This document shows positions 59,271 through 64,000 of a stretch of DNA of 64,000 bases, piece by piece. Every line of letters starts with the position of its first letter. Position 1 is the stretch's first letter. A program made the translations under genes and the position numbers. This DNA is from Candidatus Bathyarchaeota archaeon (GTDB lineage Archaea; Thermoproteota; Bathyarchaeia; Bathyarchaeales; Bathycorpusculaceae). The notes beneath the pieces were generated by a model, which saw nothing but the letters and a program-made list of their open reading frames with translations, made no database searches and was not told the origin of the DNA. The DNA lies in the NCBI GenBank assembly GCA_963775685.1, contig CAVZJV010000014.1, positions 1,536,001 to 1,600,000 of the forward strand, read 5' to 3'.

Positions 59271-61169
59271 TTAACCGTGGAACTGCGGACGCTTCGACAA
59301 GTATCTGGGCAGCGGAAGGGGTTTTGTGGGTTTGTCGGCGATTTTCTCTGAAACCATCGCTATCAACTTTTCGGGAGTGAGGTTTTGCTGTTGACCCTTA
59401 AGCGCACGGACTCTAACAGATAACATGCCAGATGCGATTTCTTTCTCGCCTACAACTATTATATAGGGTATCCATTCCTGTTCAGCTTCCCGGATTTTCT
59501 TTTGCAGCGTGGAGGCAGAGTCATCGATGTCTACACGGATGTTGTGTGAGCTGATTTGTTGAGCTAACTCCTCCATTTTGTCAAGGAACTTGTCTGAGAT
59601 TGGTATGAGCCTGACTTGGGTTGGTGATAGCCAAATGGGAAGCATCGGAGCTTTGCCCGCCATCTGCTCACGGTAAGCCTTCTCCAGTAGTGCATAGATG
59701 TCTCGTTCGATGGCGCCGCTTGGACTGCAGTGTAGAATTAGCGGGTATTGTTTTTCGCCTTTCTCGTCAACAAAGGTAATCTCATACCGCTTGGCGTTTT
59801 CGACATCGATTTGGTCGGTGCTAAGTGCAGCTGCTTTGTCTTGGTTATCGATAAAGTTGAGGTCCCATTTGAGGGCAAAATAGAAGAACCGTTCTTTCCA
59901 AACCTCAGCTAAGATGGGTTTGTCAAACTTTTGGGATAGCTCAGTTATGAAGTCTTTGTGTTCAGCATAAAAGTCCTTAGTGAAACGCATTGCAATCTCG
60001 TAATCGTCTTTTACTAAGCCAATGTTTTCAAGAACGTCAATGCTTAGGTTGAAACGTACCATGAATTCTCTTTTTGCTTGTTCAAGGTCAGTGCACAACG
60101 CATGGCAATCGGGCATAGTGAATGCGCGTAACCGTTTTAGACCAACGACTTCTCCACTTTTTTCTCTGCGGAAACTGTACCGGGTTAGCTCATAGAGTTT
60201 TATGGGCATCTGTTTGTAACTGAATTGTGCATCATGTGCCATCAAGAATTGCCCAAAACAGGCGGCAAAGCGTAGGAACAGCTCTTTATCTTCGGATCTA
60301 AGGACGTATTGTCGAGCTGGGAAACGGTTTAGGTAGCTTTTGAGGCTGGGATGGTTGAAGTCGTACATTAGGGGTGTTTCGACTTCCATGCCTCCGTAAG
60401 CTGCAACACGTGTAGAGACGTATTGTTCAAGGAGTGATTTTATCATACGTCCTTTGGGGTACCAACGGATATTGCCAGGATCACTACCGGGTTCATAATC
60501 GGCGATTTCGAGCCGCTTCATTAGTGGCACGTGGGGCGGCATCACGGTAACAGCGCGGGTCTTTTTAATTTCGTATTGGGAGAACTTTTGAAGGTTAGTG
60601 TGTCCTTTGAATTTGAATTCTTCAACTGGCACCAGTGAGCCGTCGGTTTGAAGAATGTGCCAGTAGGATTTCATGGTGTCTTCGGCTTTAAGGGCAGCCG
60701 ATACGGTTTCTTCTTCTTTTTTACCCTCGCATGGAGCTTGGGCTTCAGTTTCCGCTGGCGATAGCGCGTAGTTGCGGGCTTGTTCAGCCAGTGGATGCCC
60801 TTTGATGGATATAATGAATTGTTTGTTCCAGCCAAAGGGCGCACGATAAGTTTCGATACCTTTCTCTTTGGCGTATGCTTCCATGGCTTTTATGATTTTT
60901 AACGCCTCGCTGGGCTGGGAGAGGTTGCTGCTAAGGTGAGCAAACGGGTAGATGAGGATACGATTAACTTTGAGCTTGCCCAAAAAAGCCCGGACATCGT
61001 TGATGGCCTTCTGAGCCATTGCGGAAGTATCGCCTTCTTCAATAGCTGTGAATAATACTACGACTTCTTCAAAGCGTTTCTCGGTTTTCTCTGCTTCTTC
61101 GGCGATGTTGATTTCTTTTTCGACGGGTTTGAAAACTATAAAGTTAGAGTGTAACTGCAAAATTCGCAT
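59271..61169 (-). CDS. thrS: Threonine--tRNA ligase (archaeal type with editing domain)
   Basis: MRILQLH, YPFAHLS, PFGW, GHPLAE, RFAACFG, RAFTMPD, HCSPSG. Confidence 0.97.
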   Translation of the reverse strand: MRILQLHSNFIVFKPVEKEINIAEEAEKTEKRFEEVVVLFTAIEEGDTSAMAQKAINDVRAFLGKLKVNRILIYPFAHLSSNLSQPSEALKIIKAMEAYAKEKGIETYRAPFGWNKQFIISIKGHPLAEQARNYALSPAETEAQAPCEGKKEEETVSAALKAEDTMKSYWHILQTDGSLVPVEEFKFKGHTNLQKFSQYEIKKTRAVTVMPPHVPLMKRLEIADYEPGSDPGNIRWYPKGRMIKSLLEQYVSTRVAAYGGMEVETPLMYDFNHPSLKSYLNRFPARQYVLRSEDKELFLRFAACFGQFLMAHDAQFSYKQMPIKLYELTRYSFRREKSGEVVGLKRLRAFTMPDCHALCTDLEQAKREFMVRFNLSIDVLENIGLVKDDYEIAMRFTKDFYAEHKDFITELSQKFDKPILAEVWKERFFYFALKWDLNFIDNQDKAAALSTDQIDVENAKRYEITFVDEKGEKQYPLILHCSPSGAIERDIYALLEKAYREQMAGKAPMLPIWLSPTQVRLIPISDKFLDKMEELAQQISSHNIRVDIDDSASTLQKKIREAEQEWIPYIIVVGEKEIASGMLSVRVRALKGQQQNLTPEKLIAMVSEKIADKPTKPLPLPRYLSKRPQFHG

Positions 61170-61181
61170 ACAGATACCTCT

Positions 61182-61385
61182 TTAACTGTAACGCCATTTG
61201 TCTATGGTCTTGTCTTTCTTGGTTTTCTTTTTGTATTCTTTATAGTGTTCTTTGCATATGTAGGCTCGTTTATCACTGCTAACGTTAAATCCCGCAGCTT
61301 TAACTTTATCAGCAGATAATGACCTTGCTGCTTCTCTGCTGCATCCTGAAACAGTGCATTTTTCGCCTTTTTCGATGCGACCCAA
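61182..61385 (-). CDS. Small basic zinc-binding hypothetical protein
   Basis: CTVSGC...YICKEHYKEYKK; TTG start with GAGG upstream. Confidence 0.75.
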   Translation of the reverse strand: MGRIEKGEKCTVSGCSREAARSLSADKVKAAGFNVSSDKRAYICKEHYKEYKKKTKKDKTIDKWRYS

Positions 61386-61429
61386 ACAATCACGCCTCAA
61401 TACACATTGATTTACTTGTAGATATACTG

Positions 61430-62356
61430 CTATTGCTTAAGTTTCTTTTCATACAACTCAGTTGCTCTTCGATAAATCTCTTCTTTTTTGCCAAAATAAG
61501 TGGGACCAATCCCTTCAATAACACACGACGCTGCGGCGGAGCCAACACTCGCGCACCACAACGATTCTTTCTGGCGAATGTATTCAGTTAAGAACGCTCC
61601 GATGAAAACGTCTCCTGCGCCTGTGGGGTCAACCAGAACCTGTGAAGGGCAAGGATCAATGTGGTATTGGGCTCCTTCTACGGATAACACGGAACCTTTG
61701 GCACCCAGGGTTACGATTACAGTTTCAATTCCGACATCATGAATTGCCTTTATTGCGGGCTTAAGCTCTGATTCTCCGGTTAGGGCATAGATTTCGTTTT
61801 GTGATGACTTAAAGATGTTAATTAAGCTGAAGATTTGATTATCCACTTCGGCGTTCTCTGATACCTTTCCTGCTTCGTCGAAGCTTCGAAGCAAACCTTG
61901 AGGGTCAAGCGACAAAACATCGGTGTGCTGTTTAAGTTCTTCCACTAATTCGTAGGGAACCTCGTTGGCGATGGGGGCAATGTGAACTGCATTGGCATGA
62001 AAATCTTTGGGCACATCATTGGCACTCAGCGCCAGTCCTTTACTTTTAAGCCTTAAGGTGCGTTCATAGAGGTCCTTACCGTAGGTAAGTTCAAAGCTTG
62101 TTGTGGGTTCAGCTGCAAGTTTTATGACGGTTGAAACATCTATGCCTTCTTGCTCTAGCCACCAAAGGTAAGCTTGGGGAAAGTTTCCGCCGACTTTGGA
62201 GATGACGAAGGCGGTTGCATCTAGGCGTTTGGCCGCGAAGGAGGTGTAAGCTGCTGCACCGCCTAAAATCACGAACGGGGCAGTTCTTTTTGGCAAAATT
62301 ATTGTATCTATTGATAAGTGTCCAACTACTGCGATATCAGAGCTTTGAGCAACCAT
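61430..62356 (-). CDS. PfkB-family carbohydrate/nucleoside kinase
   Basis: GGAAAY, LDPQG, VTLGAKGS, DPTGAGDVF; ATG at 62356 avoids the riboswitch. Confidence 0.9.
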   Translation of the reverse strand: MVAQSSDIAVVGHLSIDTIILPKRTAPFVILGGAAAYTSFAAKRLDATAFVISKVGGNFPQAYLWWLEQEGIDVSTVIKLAAEPTTSFELTYGKDLYERTLRLKSKGLALSANDVPKDFHANAVHIAPIANEVPYELVEELKQHTDVLSLDPQGLLRSFDEAGKVSENAEVDNQIFSLINIFKSSQNEIYALTGESELKPAIKAIHDVGIETVIVTLGAKGSVLSVEGAQYHIDPCPSQVLVDPTGAGDVFIGAFLTEYIRQKESLWCASVGSAAASCVIEGIGPTYFGKKEEIYRRATELYEKKLKQ

Positions 62357-62494
62357 CTTTTTGATCCACGTTGAATATGGAAATGAGTCATATATAGCGT
62401 TAGCCCAACAGAGAAAGCAAACGTTCAATCGGAAGACACAATTTTCCATTTTTGTTTGACAAAGTTTTAATAACTTAAACTCGCTCAGATGGTT

Positions 62495-62558
62495 GGCTAT
62501 GGCATTAGCCGTGGTACGAGCCAAAACCGCAGCCAAGATGGATGCTGATAATGCCTAC
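62495..62558 (+). ncRNA. Fluoride (crcB) riboswitch
   Basis: P1 GGCT/AGCC, pseudoknot GGCATT(62501-06)/AATGCC(62550-55), AAACCGC, P3 stem, GCTGAT...CTAC; directly upstream of crcB. Confidence 0.92.
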
Positions 62559-62578
62559 TTACGCTGGAAGGTAAGCAT

Positions 62579-62968
62579 ATGAAATGGATAGAGTTTGTCC
62601 TCTTGGCAGTTGGGGCTATAGTCGGAGCTTTTCTACGTTACAAAATGGTCGAGTCGCCGGTCGCGATTTATGGGTTGCCCGTTAACGTGTTGGCAGTTAA
62701 CGTCGTCGGCAGTTTCATTTTGGGCTTTTTCTCAATCATGTCAGTTGGCTTAAATTTTGCTCCACAGTACACATTACTTGTGGCGGTTGGGTTCTGCGGA
62801 TCCTTCACAACCATGTCTTCATTCGCGCTTGAAACCAACAACCTGTTTGACAACAACCGTTTTAGCCTGCTGGTCCTAAACATCCTAGCAAACGTGGGCT
62901 TGTCGCTTGGAGCAGTGTTAGGCGGCAGAGTGCTCGGTGAAGAAATTATGGCGAGGTTTGTGCGTTGA
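62579..62968 (+). CDS. crcB: Fluoride channel Fluc/CrcB
   Basis: GAFLRY, VNVVGSF.LG, GFCGSFTTMSSF..E. Confidence 0.95.
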   Translation: MKWIEFVLLAVGAIVGAFLRYKMVESPVAIYGLPVNVLAVNVVGSFILGFFSIMSVGLNFAPQYTLLVAVGFCGSFTTMSSFALETNNLFDNNRFSLLVLNILANVGLSLGAVLGGRVLGEEIMARFVR

Positions 62969-63276
62969 GAGAGAAAATGTGGGATTTAACGATTAGAATT
63001 AAGAAGAATGATGAAATTGGTGGCAAACGTCTCCAGACTTTAATCATGGATTATCTAATAAAAGCGGGAATTGAAGGCGCAACTGTGTGGACTGGTGTAA
63101 ACGGCTTTGGCAAACGCGGAAAGTCCACACTGCACCTTGAAGGCGTAACAGTTAACATGCCTTTGATTATTGAAGTGGTGGATACGCAGGAAAAACTTGA
63201 ACCTCTATTACCGGATTTAAAGCAAATTATAGGTGACGACGGCTTAGTAACCATTCAAGAAACCTACGTCATCTAA
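62965..63276 (+). CDS. DUF190 (PII-like) protein
   Basis: GIEGATV..GV.GFG, MPLIIEVVD; usual crcB partner. Confidence 0.92.
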   Translation: MREKMWDLTIRIKKNDEIGGKRLQTLIMDYLIKAGIEGATVWTGVNGFGKRGKSTLHLEGVTVNMPLIIEVVDTQEKLEPLLPDLKQIIGDDGLVTIQETYVI

Positions 63277-63798
63277 AAACTCTAAAACTTGTTTTCAAAA
63301 TACCAATGGCTTGAAAAATGGGAAATATGGTGTCTTCTATTCTAAGAAGATGCCTGTTTCGTTCCATGCTCCTTTGAAGTCCAAAGATGAAATAGGCATG
63401 TATTATCAATAGAACCCAAAAGAAGTAAAGCTATAGGTTCTTGGAACAACAAATCAGAAGGGGCTCTATAGTTACATAAAGTTAACCTCGAGGACTCCGT
63501 AGGCAGAATGCCCGTCATACCTGTCAGCAACGTAATAACAAGTATATTTAAAAAAGAAAAAGCAAACCCAATAAGACATTAACAAAAGTATCAACCTAAA
63601 CTGCTTCGTCAGGGTAATAAGCGTTTTAATTGTTTTAACCTGCTCAAAGATTTTAGAAACAGCTTTTGAGGCTTCTGAAATAACGGGATGCATTTTGATC
63701 AAAAAAATAACTTCGCTAACAGTTTCAGTATATAGTGTTACAGGTAGAGATGGGAAATATTTGTCTAAAAAATATTGGTTTTAACAGAAGACAGTGTT

Positions 63799-64000
63799 TT
63801 AGGAAGAGTTTTTAACTTTTTCAGCGGGAAGTGTAAACTCGAATTTTACACCTCTCCCAATTTGACCCCTCTCTTCTAATGTCCAGCCATACACATCACA
63901 TATACTATAAATAAGGTATAACCCCAAACCAGTACCTTTTCCATTACCCTTTTTAAAAAGATGCTTTCTAAATTGATTGTCGATACCTACACCGTCATCT
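63799..64000 (-). CDS. Sensor histidine kinase, C-terminal HATPase part (5'-truncated by window edge)
   Basis: DDGVGI...LFKKGNGKGTGLGLYLI...GW...GVKFEFTLP...*. Confidence 0.88.
   Translation of the reverse strand, partial: DDGVGIDNQFRKHLFKKGNGKGTGLGLYLIYSICDVYGWTLEERGQIGRGVKFEFTLPAEKVKNSS

Noticed and set aside
62357-62536. N-terminal extension of the PfkB ORF
   Set aside because: Overlaps the crcB promoter and riboswitch; the PfkB fold starts after ATG 62356
63342-63702. Two short minus-strand ORFs in an AT-rich stretch
   Set aside because: No motifs or RBS; probably non-coding or unrecognisable decay
1-64000. tRNA, rRNA, CRISPR arrays, IS elements and the many antisense ORFs in the track
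   Set aside because: No T-loop/cloverleaf, spaced repeats or transposase motifs seen by eye; the antisense ORFs are shadows of confident genes

Overview
Archaeal chromosomal window, most likely Bathyarchaeia (an inference from the TACK-type housekeeping genes, an arcadin-1 homologue and a typical surface-protein anchor remnant). It is gene-dense, with frequent TTG/GTG starts. I found no rRNA, tRNA, CRISPR array or transposase. Housekeeping content: KEOPS genes (kae1, bud32, pcc1), rps15, RecJ-like DHH, TFE-beta-like protein, rlmE, truD, trm5, rtcA, pth2, CDC48, EF-1beta, FEN-1, glmS, proS, thrS, nadC/nadM, proteasome beta, AOR and two aminotransferases. Main points of interest: (1) an NfnAB-type operon with a coupled tandem (ferredoxin-MvhD)x2 protein, a small subunit with an altered NAD-binding motif and an apparent ACG start codon; (2) a complete clustered AMP phosphorylase / R15P isomerase / form III RuBisCO pathway next to a short GH3-family adenylating enzyme; (3) a fluoride riboswitch upstream of crcB-DUF190 with a readable translational ON-switch; (4) a candidate metal/thiol module made of a secreted Met/His-rich PepSY-like protein, an ArsR regulator and an unannotated Cys-rich miniprotein, with a shared operator-like motif; (5) a palindrome-flanked uncharacterised regulator divergent from glmS; (6) several genes broken by single-base indels and several small ORFs missing from the ORF track. 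All family assignments come from motif recognition; no database searches were run.
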